64,000 nucleotides of DNA from contig JBFWNU010000009.1 in assembly GCA_050250895.1 (NCBI GenBank), positions 38,388-102,387 on the forward strand, written 5' to 3'. The position numbers and the translations under genes were made by a program. The notes under the pieces are model-generated. The model was not told the DNA's origin, searched no databases, and saw nothing but the letters and a program-made list of their open reading frames with translations. This document shows positions 37,044-47,123 of the stretch, one piece after another. How positions within the stretch are numbered: position 1 is the first letter of the stretch; the number at the start of each line of letters is the position of its first letter. This DNA is from Vulcanimicrobiota bacterium (GTDB lineage Bacteria > Vulcanimicrobiota > Xenobia > Xenobiales > JADMJV01).

Positions 37044-37646
37044 CTACTTGCCGTCGGGTTGGTGGGCTTCGCCGCGGATGGTCACGAACACGTCGTGCGA
37101 GACCAGCTTGTCGCTGCCGCCCTTCCAACCGTCGCCGACCTTGTACTCGATGCGGTTGAGTTTGAAGCTGGACTTGAAGCCGATGCTCATCTTGCCGTCA
37201 CCGAAGGCGTCGATCGGACCTTTGATCTCCACCGGAACCGAGATCGATTTGGTCACCCCGTGAATGGTCATGTCGCCCTTCACCTCGTACTTCGAACCGC
37301 TGAGCTTGCGCACCGAGGTGCTCTTGAAGCTGAGTTCGGGATAGGTGGCCACGTCGAAAAAATCTTTGCTGCGCAGGTGCTCGTCACGCTTGGCCGCGCC
37401 GGTGTTGACGCTGGTAGCCTTGACGGTCCACTCGATCTTGGAATTGGCGGGATTGGCATCGTCCCACACAATCTTGCCGTCAAAGTCGTCGAAGCGACCC
37501 TCGACCTCGGATAGTTGGAGATGGGTCACCGTGAAGGCCACACTGCTGTGGGCCGAGTCTACCTGGTAGGTCCGGGCCTCGGCCCAGGCCAGAGTGGTCG
37601 AAAGTAACAGGGTCATCAAGACGCTAAAAAAAGGCTTGGCTCGCAT
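37044..37646 (-). CDS. YceI family polyisoprenoid-binding protein
   Basis: Y.VD.AHS.V.F, RDEHLRSKDFFD..YP, GDMTIHGVTK. Confidence 0.95.
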   Translation of the reverse strand: MRAKPFFSVLMTLLLSTTLAWAEARTYQVDSAHSSVAFTVTHLQLSEVEGRFDDFDGKIVWDDANPANSKIEWTVKATSVNTGAAKRDEHLRSKDFFDVATYPELSFKSTSVRKLSGSKYEVKGDMTIHGVTKSISVPVEIKGPIDAFGDGKMSIGFKSSFKLNRIEYKVGDGWKGGSDKLVSHDVFVTIRGEAHQPDGK

Positions 37647-37726
37647 GGGGTTCCTTCCTCGCTAAGTTGGCGTTGGAGTTTATACGCACAAGACAACACG
37701 AACCCTGCCCCGAAGTTCCCGGGTCT

Positions 37727-39742
37727 CTAGACCAGAGTCGCCGGAGGCATTCTCAGACGCCAACCGCGTTGGGGCAAGACGATGGACAGACGCAGCAGAC
37801 GCCGGCAAAAGTGCTCATCGGCCCTCTCCCAAAGTCCTGATTGGCGCAGCCGTAGAAGCCCGCGATGAAACGCGAGGCGAGTAGGGGCCTCGATATCGGG
37901 CTCGAGTTCGCCCAGGGCCATCACCACCTCCGCCTCGTCGAGGGTGGGCTGCTCGGCCAGAAAAAGACGGGCCAGCGAGGCCCTCGCCCCCAGCCCGATC
38001 CGTTGCGCGAAGGAGCAGACTCCGGCCGACTGGGAATAGACCCAATCGTACCAGTAGGCACGTTCTTCCAGCGGTCGGGCCATGAGAGCCTGCATACGAT
38101 AGTGATGGGCGGCCCTGCGGTCGTCGAGCAACTCGCACAGGCCCGCCATCTCGTCAAGGCACAGGGGGCCCCACGGGGGGTCGCAGGCCTGCTGGTAAAG
38201 GGCCAGGGCGCCGCTGGAGTCCCCCTGGGCCAGGCGCAGGCTGCCCAGCAGGAGGGCCGTCAGGCTGCCCGGCCGGTCCAGCCGATGGCAGGCCTCGGCC
38301 CGCGAATAGTCATGCCGCAGACGATAGGCCAGAGCGCGACGGTGCCAGCAGAACGGTTCCAGCGACGAGACAGACTCGGGCGGCTCGACGCCCCGGGCCA
38401 GCAAGCGGGCCAGATGGACCAGTTCGACCTCCTCAAGAGCCAAATTCTCGGGGAATTCTCCGACCTCGTCGAGACGTTTTAGGAAATACTCCATCTCTTT
38501 GAGGTCAAAGTTGCGAAAGGCCTGACTCAACAGGGGAGACTGCTCTTGCCACAACTGTGGCCAGCCGACCACCCCCGTGCGGGCTCGCTCCAGGCTCAAG
38601 CGAAAGGCGGCTTCGTCCCCGGCTAACTCCAGGCCCCGGGCCGACTCTAACCAGCTCGCCACAGGCTCGGGGTGGTCGCTCTCAAAGCGCCCAAGCAGGG
38701 CTTTGCGAAACTCCTGGACCAGGAGCTGCGAACCGGGCAGACCCGCTCGGCAGCGCGCCAACACCATCTCTTCGACCTGCTCCCCCAAGCCTTCGACCAG
38801 CCTCTCGTAGGCGGCATCCCTGACGATGTTGCCGTGGGAGAGGTCGGGGCGCAGCCCGGGGGCACTGACCACTCCCATGGCCAGGGGAAAACCCAGCAGA
38901 GCACGATTGGCGCGAAAGGCGACCCCTTCGCAAATAAAGGTCAGACCGACAAACTGAGCCAGGCTCTCGCGGCCCAAACCCAGCACCGCGCTGAAGCCGC
39001 CCGGCGAGGGCCGTTGCTCGACCAGGCAGTCGGCCCCCGTAAGCATCCGAACCATCAAAGGCTGGGTAGGGCAATCCAGGTGCAGACAACTGAGCAGGTT
39101 CGCGGCGGCCCCCAGGGTGACCGCTTGAGTGAGGCGCTTGCCGTTGAGGGTCAGGGTCAGGGGGGCGTAGCGGCACAGGCGCAACAGCGTGCTCAGCTCG
39201 GGTGGCTCGACCCCCAGCAGCCCGAAGCTGGCGGTTCGCGCCAGCGAACGGCCGAACTCGAGCACCACTCTAGTGCCCTCGATATTCTCTCTCCAGGGTC
39301 CCGACAAGGGTTCGGTGTGATGATGGCCGGCTTCCATCACCAATCGGCTGCCCTGACCGTGGGCGAAGCTCTCGACGGACACCCGCTGCGGTCGATAGGC
39401 CCCACTGACGTGGACGCCGATAGCCAGGTGGCGCAGCCAGGTCTGATCGTGGCTGATCGATACGGCCGAGTAGAGATTCTCGAGTTCATCCGCCTGGCAG
39501 ATGGGCCGGTCGAACTCGAACTCGATACGGTCGGTGGCGTGGCTGATCTCGACTCGCTGGGCCTGGGCCGTCACCGCGGCAGCCACCAGGTGCACGGCGT
39601 AGAGACTGGGATCGAGCAATTGAAACTCGGCCAGCTTGGCCAGCGCCTTCTCGGTGGAAAGACTGAATCGCCCCTGGGAATCCCGGCGCCCGTCGCGGCC
39701 AAGCGTGGCCAGATAACTCTGCAAGTCCGAAATTTCACTCAC
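37727..39742 (-). CDS. Hypothetical protein, degenerate GHKL-like N-terminus + TPR-like C-terminus
   Basis: DSQGRFSL..EKALAKLAEFQL.DP..Y..LVAAAV; paralog of 28599-29867; start uncertain. Confidence 0.7.
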   Translation of the reverse strand: MSEISDLQSYLATLGRDGRRDSQGRFSLSTEKALAKLAEFQLLDPSLYAVHLVAAAVTAQAQRVEISHATDRIEFEFDRPICQADELENLYSAVSISHDQTWLRHLAIGVHVSGAYRPQRVSVESFAHGQGSRLVMEAGHHHTEPLSGPWRENIEGTRVVLEFGRSLARTASFGLLGVEPPELSTLLRLCRYAPLTLTLNGKRLTQAVTLGAAANLLSCLHLDCPTQPLMVRMLTGADCLVEQRPSPGGFSAVLGLGRESLAQFVGLTFICEGVAFRANRALLGFPLAMGVVSAPGLRPDLSHGNIVRDAAYERLVEGLGEQVEEMVLARCRAGLPGSQLLVQEFRKALLGRFESDHPEPVASWLESARGLELAGDEAAFRLSLERARTGVVGWPQLWQEQSPLLSQAFRNFDLKEMEYFLKRLDEVGEFPENLALEEVELVHLARLLARGVEPPESVSSLEPFCWHRRALAYRLRHDYSRAEACHRLDRPGSLTALLLGSLRLAQGDSSGALALYQQACDPPWGPLCLDEMAGLCELLDDRRAAHHYRMQALMARPLEERAYWYDWVYSQSAGVCSFAQRIGLGARASLARLFLAEQPTLDEAEVVMALGELEPDIEAPTRLAFHRGLLRLRQSGLWERADEHFCRRLLRLSIVLPQRGWRLRMPPATLV

Positions 39743-39843
39743 CAGGTCCGCTTTGGGCCTTCGCCCGGCCGGTCCTGCTGATGTCAGACGCAGGATGAGC
39801 GGGCTGCTTGGCAAATCATGTAACGGTGTAGGAGGGTCCTGTT

Positions 39844-40392
39844 TTGCTTATCGATCCTAATCGAATTGGACGGGGTGCCAGCCCCGAGCGAACCCGCAGC
39901 CAACCGATGGTTCGCAAAGAACCACAGTCGCCCGAGTTGCGCGACATGGTCGCGAATATCGACAACCCGCCCGGCGAAACCCGCATGGTGGTTGGTGACG
40001 ACGGTCTGTTGACCCTGGACTCGGGGGGCAAGATCATGGCCTCGCGCGAGAACCCCGCCCCGGCCGAGCAGCCCCACAGGGGCCTGAGCATGCTGAGTTA
40101 CGGTCTCGGTTTCTCGATGGCGGGAATGTGGAGCGCCGTAGGGATGATGCCGCTCGGCTTCGGGATGCAGTTTCCCATGATGTATCCCCTGGGACTGGGC
40201 CTACCCACGAGCTTCCCTCCCCCGGACACTATCGGCGAAACCCCGCCTGAGCCCGACCGACCCAGGGCGCGCGAGGGTTCCGACATGGCCGAGATGGTCG
40301 AGCGTCTGCGCAGTCCCCAGCCTGAACGCCAAATCATGGTGGCTGACAACGGCCTGCTGACGATGATGGAAGACCCCTACCGGCCGAGCTAG
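39844..40392 (+). CDS. Hypothetical protein with internal duplication
   Basis: MVVGDDGLLTL and IMVADNGLLTM repeats flank a Met/Gly-rich hydrophobic segment. Confidence 0.65.
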   Translation: MLIDPNRIGRGASPERTRSQPMVRKEPQSPELRDMVANIDNPPGETRMVVGDDGLLTLDSGGKIMASRENPAPAEQPHRGLSMLSYGLGFSMAGMWSAVGMMPLGFGMQFPMMYPLGLGLPTSFPPPDTIGETPPEPDRPRAREGSDMAEMVERLRSPQPERQIMVADNGLLTMMEDPYRPS

Positions 40393-40439
40393 TGAACCGT
40401 CGTCCGCCGGCTCACGTAGTCTGGCGGTAAGGAGCCTGT

Positions 40440-41300
40440 ATGTACGCTTTGGAGCTGGCCGGTATCAAGAAGACCTATCGCGCTCGCGGCCAGGCTCAGG
40501 TCGCTCTCACCGGGATCGACCTGCAGGTGGCCAAAGGTCAGATTTTCGGCTTCGCCGGACCCAACGGCGCCGGAAAGTCCACCACCATCAAGATTCTGGT
40601 GGGCTTGATGAGGCCAGACGAGGGCCAGGCGCTGGTCTGCGACCACCCCTGCGGCAGCCAGGAGGCTCGTCGCCAGATCGGATATCTGCCCGAGACCTCG
40701 ACCTATCACGAGTTCATGACAGCCAACGAGCTTTTGAACATCCACGCTCACCTGGCTGGCATCCCGCGCCCCGAGCAAGCTGCCCGCTGCCAGGAAGTGC
40801 TCGAACTGGTGGGGCTGCACGAGCGCGGCCGCAGCCGGCTCAAAGAGTTCTCCAAAGGCATGAAGCAACGCTTTGGAGTGGCTCAGGCCCTGGTGGGGCG
40901 CCCCGGCCTGCTGATTCTCGACGAGTTGACTTCAGGACTCGATCCGATGGCCCAGCGAGAGTTGTTGGCGATTCTCGAGCGCCTCAAAGCAGAGGGGATC
41001 ACGGTCTTCTTCTCCTCGCATCACATGAACGAGATCGAAGCCGTGTGTGACGGGGCGGCCATCATCCACAAAGGCAAGATCCATCGTCAGGGTTCGCTCG
41101 ACGAACTGCTGACCAGCCAGATGGTGCGCCTGCGTTATCGTGACGGCGACGAGGTCCTCGAACGGCAACTCGAGGCCGAGCAGGCAGCCGCCGAGCTGGC
41201 CCGCCTCACCGGAGAGGGGAAGGAAGTGCTCGAATACGTGCCGGTTCGCGGCAACTTCGCCGAAGTGTTCCACCAGGTCATGGCGGAGGTGGCCGCGTGA
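40440..41300 (+). CDS. ABC transporter ATP-binding protein
   Basis: GPNGAGKST, FSKGMKQR, LILDE, SSH. Confidence 0.96.
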   Translation: MYALELAGIKKTYRARGQAQVALTGIDLQVAKGQIFGFAGPNGAGKSTTIKILVGLMRPDEGQALVCDHPCGSQEARRQIGYLPETSTYHEFMTANELLNIHAHLAGIPRPEQAARCQEVLELVGLHERGRSRLKEFSKGMKQRFGVAQALVGRPGLLILDELTSGLDPMAQRELLAILERLKAEGITVFFSSHHMNEIEAVCDGAAIIHKGKIHRQGSLDELLTSQMVRLRYRDGDEVLERQLEAEQAAAELARLTGEGKEVLEYVPVRGNFAEVFHQVMAEVAA

Positions 41301-42073
41301 GTTCGGTCTTCAAACTCTCCAAGCTCTATTTTCTCGGCGAGATTCGGCGCCAGGTCCACCTGGTCACCCTGTTTCTGGGCGTCGTCCTGCTGATGCTTCC
41401 AGCCTATATCAACTCGTTTAGCATGGGGCTGGGGGCCTTCGAGCGGGTAGCTAAAGACTTCGGCCTCACCATCATCGGCTACTATGGGGTCGCCATGGCC
41501 ATCTGGATGGGCTCGACCGCCATCAATCGCGACATCGAGGGCCGCAGCATTCACCCCATCCTGGCCCGTCCTCTCACCAGACTGCAATATCTGATGGCCC
41601 ACCTGGTGTCGATGGTCAACATGCTGACCCTCTCTCTGCTGTTTCTGGCCCTGTGCCTGACGGCTTCGGTCGGTCTATTGGCCCGCAGCTTCGATGCCGA
41701 TATCCTGATGGCCACCGGAGGCGACCTGTTGGCCAGCGCCGTGTTGGCCGCCGCCTGCCTGTGCTTTTCGACCATCGCCAGCCCGCCGCTGGCCGGAGTC
41801 ATGGGAGCCTTCCTCTACCTGGTGGGCGGTCTCTCCAACGCCTTCATCCGGTTCTTCCTGGTGGAAGACCGCTCCAGCTATCTAATGGCCGGCCTGGCTC
41901 GGGCTTTCAAAGTGCTGTTGCCTAACTTCGAGGTCTTTCGCCTCAAAGATCCGGCCGTTCACGATCTTCCCATCCCCCATTTCTACGGCCCCGCCATCAC
42001 GCTCTATGCTCTGGCCTGGGTGGTCTTTTTCACCTTGCTGGCCAATCTCTTCTTCGAGCGGAGGGACGTGTGA
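41297..42073 (+). CDS. ABC-2 type permease
   Basis: RDIEGRSI..ILARPLTR motif, multiple TMs, FERRD end. Confidence 0.88.
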   Translation: MSSVFKLSKLYFLGEIRRQVHLVTLFLGVVLLMLPAYINSFSMGLGAFERVAKDFGLTIIGYYGVAMAIWMGSTAINRDIEGRSIHPILARPLTRLQYLMAHLVSMVNMLTLSLLFLALCLTASVGLLARSFDADILMATGGDLLASAVLAAACLCFSTIASPPLAGVMGAFLYLVGGLSNAFIRFFLVEDRSSYLMAGLARAFKVLLPNFEVFRLKDPAVHDLPIPHFYGPAITLYALAWVVFFTLLANLFFERRDV

Positions 42074-42630
42074 GGCTCTTCCTGCTCTGCCTGTTGCTAC
42101 TGGTGACTCCAGCTTTCGCCCAGTCGGTGCCCGACAGCCTCGAGCACCAGCACAGCGAGGGCGAGGCGGCCCAATGGGGCGATTATGTCCAGATCGACTA
42201 CGTGGCCACCTGGAGCAGCCAGAAGACTCTTGAAGACACGCGCAAAACCGGCAAACCGTATACGTTTCAACTGGGCTCGGGCGAGGTGCTCGACGAGGTC
42301 GAAAAGGGCATCGTCGGCATGCACCGCGGTGAAGTACGGGTCTTTAGCGTGCCTTTCAAAGGCGAAATGATGGGCATGCAAGTCAAGATGCTCGACTTTC
42401 ATACCCCCACCGAGCTGGCCCACGGCCGGGATGGCAGCAAAGGCCGCCCGTCGGCCTGGGAGGTGGACCAACCGGCCCTGTTCGAGTTCATGCTGCGCGA
42501 CTTCTTCACCCAACCGTGGCGATTCGAAGACGGCGACCGCGAGGTGGCGATTCGGGCCCTGGAAGTGCTGGCAGTCGACCTGCTCTTGTTTATCTTGATC
42601 CTGGCCTGGCGGCGGCGGAGTTATCGATGA
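42070..42630 (+). CDS. FKBP-type peptidyl-prolyl isomerase-like protein with C-terminal TM
   Basis: GD.V.IDY, P..FQLGSGEVL..VEKGIVGM..GE.R. Confidence 0.75.
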   Translation: MRLFLLCLLLLVTPAFAQSVPDSLEHQHSEGEAAQWGDYVQIDYVATWSSQKTLEDTRKTGKPYTFQLGSGEVLDEVEKGIVGMHRGEVRVFSVPFKGEMMGMQVKMLDFHTPTELAHGRDGSKGRPSAWEVDQPALFEFMLRDFFTQPWRFEDGDREVAIRALEVLAVDLLLFILILAWRRRSYR

Positions 42631-43250
42631 AACGCGGCCTGATGGCCCTGTTGATGGCCGGACTGGTGCTCACCAACCTGGTGCTGCCCGACTATTACGA
42701 GACCACGCTGGTAGAGAAGCGGGCCCACGACTCGGCTATGCTGGACATCCTGGGAGAATCCCGCACCGTGGTCGCGCGCTCCCTCTGGTTCAAGATGAAC
42801 CTGTATCACGAGATCCTCGAAGAGGAGCAGGACGCCGGCCTGATCAGCCAGGAAATGCCCCTGCTGCGACTGGTTAGCCTGCTCGATCCAAGCTTCACCG
42901 AGGCCTACGAGAACATCGCCTGGGACCTCTGGAAAGGGCACAATCAACCCGACCAGGCCCTGACCATTCTCGACGAGGGCCTGGCCGAGAACCCGGGCCA
43001 CGCCCGCTTGCTCATCCTCAAAGCCCTGTTGCTCAACTCGAAAGAGCGCTACCACGACGCGGCCGCCGCCGGTAGTGAAGCGCTCAAACACGCCGTCGAC
43101 GAATTCGACCGCCTCGACGCCGGCCGGGTCGCCCTGCGAGCTTACCAGGAGCTGGACGACAAGCCCGGCCAGCGCCGGGTCTTGATCCAGCTGCTGGAAG
43201 TGCGCCCCAAAGACCCCCACTGGCTGCGACTCCTCCACGACTTGTCCTGA
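42627..43250 (+). CDS. TPR-like protein
   Basis: ATG overlaps the FKBP stop; LDPSF..AY...AW, A..IL.EGL..NP helical repeats. Confidence 0.75.
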   Translation: MKRGLMALLMAGLVLTNLVLPDYYETTLVEKRAHDSAMLDILGESRTVVARSLWFKMNLYHEILEEEQDAGLISQEMPLLRLVSLLDPSFTEAYENIAWDLWKGHNQPDQALTILDEGLAENPGHARLLILKALLLNSKERYHDAAAAGSEALKHAVDEFDRLDAGRVALRAYQELDDKPGQRRVLIQLLEVRPKDPHWLRLLHDLS

Positions 43251-43298
43251 GACCCTTGTTGCGAGGGAGAATCGTCCTCCTAGGCGAAAGTATGTTCC

Positions 43299-44249
43299 GT
43301 GAAAAAATTTCTAGCTGCTGTTGCCGTTTTCGCCTCTCTCGCCGCGCCCTGTCAGGCCGACGGTCGAGAGCTTCCGCCGGGGGCTGTGCTGCATCAAGTC
43401 GGGGACGACGAGACGCTGAGCGATATCGCCCGCCACTACGGGGTCAGCCCCGACCAGTTGCGGCGGAGCAATCCCCAGGTCGAGGCCAACCCCGGCAGCG
43501 AGCTGGTGATTCCCCGCCCGACCGGGGGTTGGCCTACCCATCAAGTCAGCCGCGGCGAGACCCTGTGGCGCATCTCCAAAGCCTACGAAGTGTCGGTCGA
43601 CGAGTTGCGCCAGGCCAACCAGATGCGGGATGACAAGATCAATCCCGGCGATGTGTTGGTAGTGCCTCGGGCCGACAAGCCGAGCGGCGCCGCCGAGACC
43701 CTGGCTGCGGCCGCTCCCGCGCCAGTCGGCGAGCCGCTGCCAAGCCTGACGCCGGCGGCTCCCATCGAGGGAGCCTGGGTTGAAGTGCGACTGCCCGACA
43801 ACCGCCGGGCCTGGGCCCCGGTGCAATCGCTGGTGGTCGGCTCGTGGCAGCCCCAGCCCGTGACCCGGGTGCTCGAGGTGGCCCGAAGCTTCATGGGTGT
43901 GCCCTACAAGTGGGGCGGGGTCAACCCTAACGGGTGGGACTGCTCGGGCTTCGTTCACGAGGTCTTTCGCCTGGGCGGCCATATCCTGCCCCGCATGGCC
44001 GATGCCCAGTATGAGGCTACCACCGCGATCGACCGGGCCCAGCTGCGAGCCGGGGATCTGGTCTTTTTCAACACCGATGGCTCGGGAGTCAGCCACGTCG
44101 GCATCTTTCTGGGCGACGACCGCTTCGTGCACGCTACGTCTTCACGGGGAGTGGTCGAATCCAGCCTCAAGGAAGACTACTACTCCCGTTGCTTCATGGG
44201 AGGCCGCCGGCTGCCGGTCTGGGTCGAGGGAGGCCAGGCCACCAGGTAA
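43299..44249 (+). CDS. LysM + NlpC/P60 peptidoglycan endopeptidase
   Basis: Two LysM (ETL..IA..YGVS...L...N), PY.WGG, DCSG, HVGI and FVHA. Confidence 0.95.
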   Translation: MKKFLAAVAVFASLAAPCQADGRELPPGAVLHQVGDDETLSDIARHYGVSPDQLRRSNPQVEANPGSELVIPRPTGGWPTHQVSRGETLWRISKAYEVSVDELRQANQMRDDKINPGDVLVVPRADKPSGAAETLAAAAPAPVGEPLPSLTPAAPIEGAWVEVRLPDNRRAWAPVQSLVVGSWQPQPVTRVLEVARSFMGVPYKWGGVNPNGWDCSGFVHEVFRLGGHILPRMADAQYEATTAIDRAQLRAGDLVFFNTDGSGVSHVGIFLGDDRFVHATSSRGVVESSLKEDYYSRCFMGGRRLPVWVEGGQATR

Positions 44250-44285
44250 CATTCTCGTAATATCCGGCTGTTAATCTAGAAACGG

Positions 44286-44972
44286 ATGTTGCAGAGGCTC
44301 TCACGACCGCTTCCCGATGCTACCTACTGTTGTCTGACCCAGCCTGACAACCCCGAGGTGGTGCCTCACTCTCCCCCCGGACCCGGCGCCTGGCTCGAGA
44401 CGCTGTTCATGGCTTGGAATCCGGCCGGCCGCAAGCGTCGTCTCGAACGCGTCCGCGACGACGAGCTCGAAGAGTGGTTGCTGGGCTTTCTGCTCGGGCC
44501 CCACGACGAGGACGCTCGCCACCAGTTCCTGCAAGAGATGTACCCCATCGGCTGGCGCCTGATCGGGTTGCTACGCCGCTTTGGCGTGCGCGCCCAGATT
44601 CGCGAGGACGACCGCTACCACCGCCCTGGGGCCGGACACTACAGCCACGAGCGAAAGACGATCGTGCTGCCGCGGCGGCAGTTGGGCCGCGACGACGACT
44701 ATTCAGTGGTGCGCCACGAGGTGGGTCACGCCATCGAGCATCTCATCACCGCTTTGTGCAACCAGAACGGTCCCATTTCGGAGTTGCTCTGGAGGGGCTT
44801 TGCCTCTCAGCGCACGGGCTTTGTCTCGGAATATGCCCAGACCGACCCCGAGGAGTACTTTGCCGAATCGGTCGAGGGCTACTTCCACGAGGAGGGTCAC
44901 GAGGTGTTGCGCACCGAGGACCCCGGCATGTTCGCCTTCCTCGACGCCCTGTTCGGCACCTCGAACCTTTAA
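44286..44972 (+). CDS. ATLF-like zinc metallopeptidase
   Basis: HEVGHAIE...YAQTDPEEYFAES...L...DP.MF.FL. Confidence 0.78.
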   Translation: MLQRLSRPLPDATYCCLTQPDNPEVVPHSPPGPGAWLETLFMAWNPAGRKRRLERVRDDELEEWLLGFLLGPHDEDARHQFLQEMYPIGWRLIGLLRRFGVRAQIREDDRYHRPGAGHYSHERKTIVLPRRQLGRDDDYSVVRHEVGHAIEHLITALCNQNGPISELLWRGFASQRTGFVSEYAQTDPEEYFAESVEGYFHEEGHEVLRTEDPGMFAFLDALFGTSNL

Positions 44973-44981
44973 CTCACCTGT

Positions 44982-46532
44982 TTAACGCCAGTCCCCGATG
45001 AGAGCCAGACCCGCCCAATGGAAAGGATGAGCTGTCTCTTTGTGCTGGAGCATCTCGAGCTTGACCTGGCGCATGGCGTGACCGGGCCGAATGCCGTGAC
45101 TGAGTAGAGCGTGGAATCGGTTGACAAAAACCCGTGAGATGGCCCAGCGATTGACCACCAGCGAGCTGACCCCGGCCCGATGAAAAGCCTGGTACAGCTC
45201 GGGCCAACGGCTGGGACTTTCCACCCCTGACAGACTCACCAGCCAGGCCCGGCCTAGCCGCATCGAAGCCAGTTCGCGCAGGCTGATCTGTCCGCCGGTG
45301 AGCGCCAGGTAGCCGGTCTCGCCCAGACCCAATTCGACCGGAGTATCCAGGTGGACCGCCCCGCGCAACGACGCCAACCGGGGACGGTCGAGCTGGGCCC
45401 GAGAGAAGTCTTGAAATCCGGCCGGGTCGCTGCGGTCGGGATGTTCGAGCAGGGGCTTGACCGAGGTCATCATGACCACTTCGACCTGTTCGATCAGGTA
45501 GGCCGAGTGGCCGTGCAGCGCCTCAAAAGGCAGTCCGTAGAGGGCTTCGTCAGGAATTACCACCAGGGTCGTCAGCCCGCCCAGCTTGCCATGGATGGGA
45601 TCGATCAGCCAGTCATAGAGCTGTTGCGACGACTTCTCCAGGTCGTTCTCCCTGGCCAGCGCCTGGCCAAAATCGCTGTTGGTCTCGCGCCAATCCTTGG
45701 GGCGAAACGAGCTGCGATGGATACTGGGAGCACCTTCCGCGCTGGCTGTCAACAAGTAGACGGCCTCTGGTCGGGTGAAGTATCGCACCACCTGAGTTCG
45801 GGGCGGGATGGCTGCCTGCAAAGCCGAAAAGCTGGCCAGTTCAGGCTCGACGGCCAGCCAGGCTTCGGCGGCTTTACCCTGCTCGAGCAATTTGTCGAGG
45901 GAGAGATTGGAGCGGACCCGGGCTACATCGGCGCGACGCTCGGCCCCGCCGGTGGCCAGGCGAGCCAGCCTGACCCGAGCAGCGTCGTCGACAGCCATGC
46001 GAGCCACTAGCTTTTGGCCGCTGGCCGGCGGCCGGCCCGACCAGGCATGGTCCGCCGAGCGAGCCAGAATGACCAGAGCCAACTCTTGGCCCTGGGGCAA
46101 GACCTGCACCGTGTCGGAGCGCTCGGCTAACTGGTCGTAGTCTAGCCTGGGGGCGGGCAGAGGCTGCTTGAAAGGGGTCTTGGGGGCAGGCTCGTCCAGG
46201 CTGCCCAGGATGGTGCCCTGCCACCGCTCGGGTGGAGCCAGCAGGTCGATACCCTCGAGCACTCTCGAGGCCTGAGGCCGACCGAAACTCAGCAAGGTGC
46301 GAGCCAGGATGTTGACCACCTCGAGTTGCTGGTCGTTTTGGGGAGCGCCCAGCACGGCGGACAACTGGTCGCGGAAGACGGCTTCGGATTGGACAGGTTG
46401 CAGCCCCACCAGACGACGTACTTCGGACAGTTGACCGGCCCGCAGCGCTTTCTCGAGCTGCTGGCCAAAGGTATCGGCCCCGGCCGCACTCCAACTCAGG
46501 AGCAACAGCAGGACCAGCCAGAGGACTCTCAT
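44982..46532 (-). CDS. Secreted CHAT-domain protein (probably catalytically inactive)
   Basis: LYDWLI.PI, LVVIPD..L..LPFEAL, AF..AGV.SLV, HPFHWA motifs. Confidence 0.8.
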   Translation of the reverse strand: MRVLWLVLLLLLSWSAAGADTFGQQLEKALRAGQLSEVRRLVGLQPVQSEAVFRDQLSAVLGAPQNDQQLEVVNILARTLLSFGRPQASRVLEGIDLLAPPERWQGTILGSLDEPAPKTPFKQPLPAPRLDYDQLAERSDTVQVLPQGQELALVILARSADHAWSGRPPASGQKLVARMAVDDAARVRLARLATGGAERRADVARVRSNLSLDKLLEQGKAAEAWLAVEPELASFSALQAAIPPRTQVVRYFTRPEAVYLLTASAEGAPSIHRSSFRPKDWRETNSDFGQALARENDLEKSSQQLYDWLIDPIHGKLGGLTTLVVIPDEALYGLPFEALHGHSAYLIEQVEVVMMTSVKPLLEHPDRSDPAGFQDFSRAQLDRPRLASLRGAVHLDTPVELGLGETGYLALTGGQISLRELASMRLGRAWLVSLSGVESPSRWPELYQAFHRAGVSSLVVNRWAISRVFVNRFHALLSHGIRPGHAMRQVKLEMLQHKETAHPFHWAGLALIGDWR

Positions 46533-47068
46533 GAGTCGGGCGTTCCAAAATCGAGGCTCTGGCCGAAAGCATCTCCTCGATAGAGGGTGTGGCCGCCTTC
46601 GGCCGGCGGCTTGGAGCCCTGCTCGGCCTGCTCGAGCGAGACCGCTTTAGGAGCGGCTTTGCCCTCGACCGGAGGGGCCGCCAGCCTGGCTTTGGCTGCT
46701 TTGTCGGGATTCAAGAAGACCTCGGCCCGAGCCCGCAACTCGACCAGCTGTTCGGCCGAGATGGCCAGGCGAGCAGCCAGGCGCTGCAGATAGTCGGTCT
46801 CGGCCGGCACCAGCGCCTCGTCAGAAAAGCACAGCGCCAGGGTGTAGAGCATCATTTCCTGGCGCAGGGCCGGGTCATCGGGCACGTCCTGGGGCTCGCC
46901 CTGAGGTGTAGCCTCTACCCGCGGGATGAATTCCATGATCTTCTCGCGGGGAATGCCCAGGCTCACCATCACCCGGTCGAGGATGGTCTTGTCGCGTTCG
47001 TCGACCTGGCCATCGGCCCAGGCGGCCGCGAACAGATACTCGAGAAGTCGGCGCTGGCGCTCATCCAT
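46529..47068 (-). CDS. TerB family protein
   Basis: AAWADGQVD..D and E..YL.RLA..L motifs. Confidence 0.75.
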   Translation of the reverse strand: MDERQRRLLEYLFAAAWADGQVDERDKTILDRVMVSLGIPREKIMEFIPRVEATPQGEPQDVPDDPALRQEMMLYTLALCFSDEALVPAETDYLQRLAARLAISAEQLVELRARAEVFLNPDKAAKARLAAPPVEGKAAPKAVSLEQAEQGSKPPAEGGHTLYRGDAFGQSLDFGTPDS

Positions 47069-47123
47069 GCCGCCGAGCTTCTACCGTAGAGGGGGAGGTC
47101 CCTTCGATCTGGTATAGTCGGGG

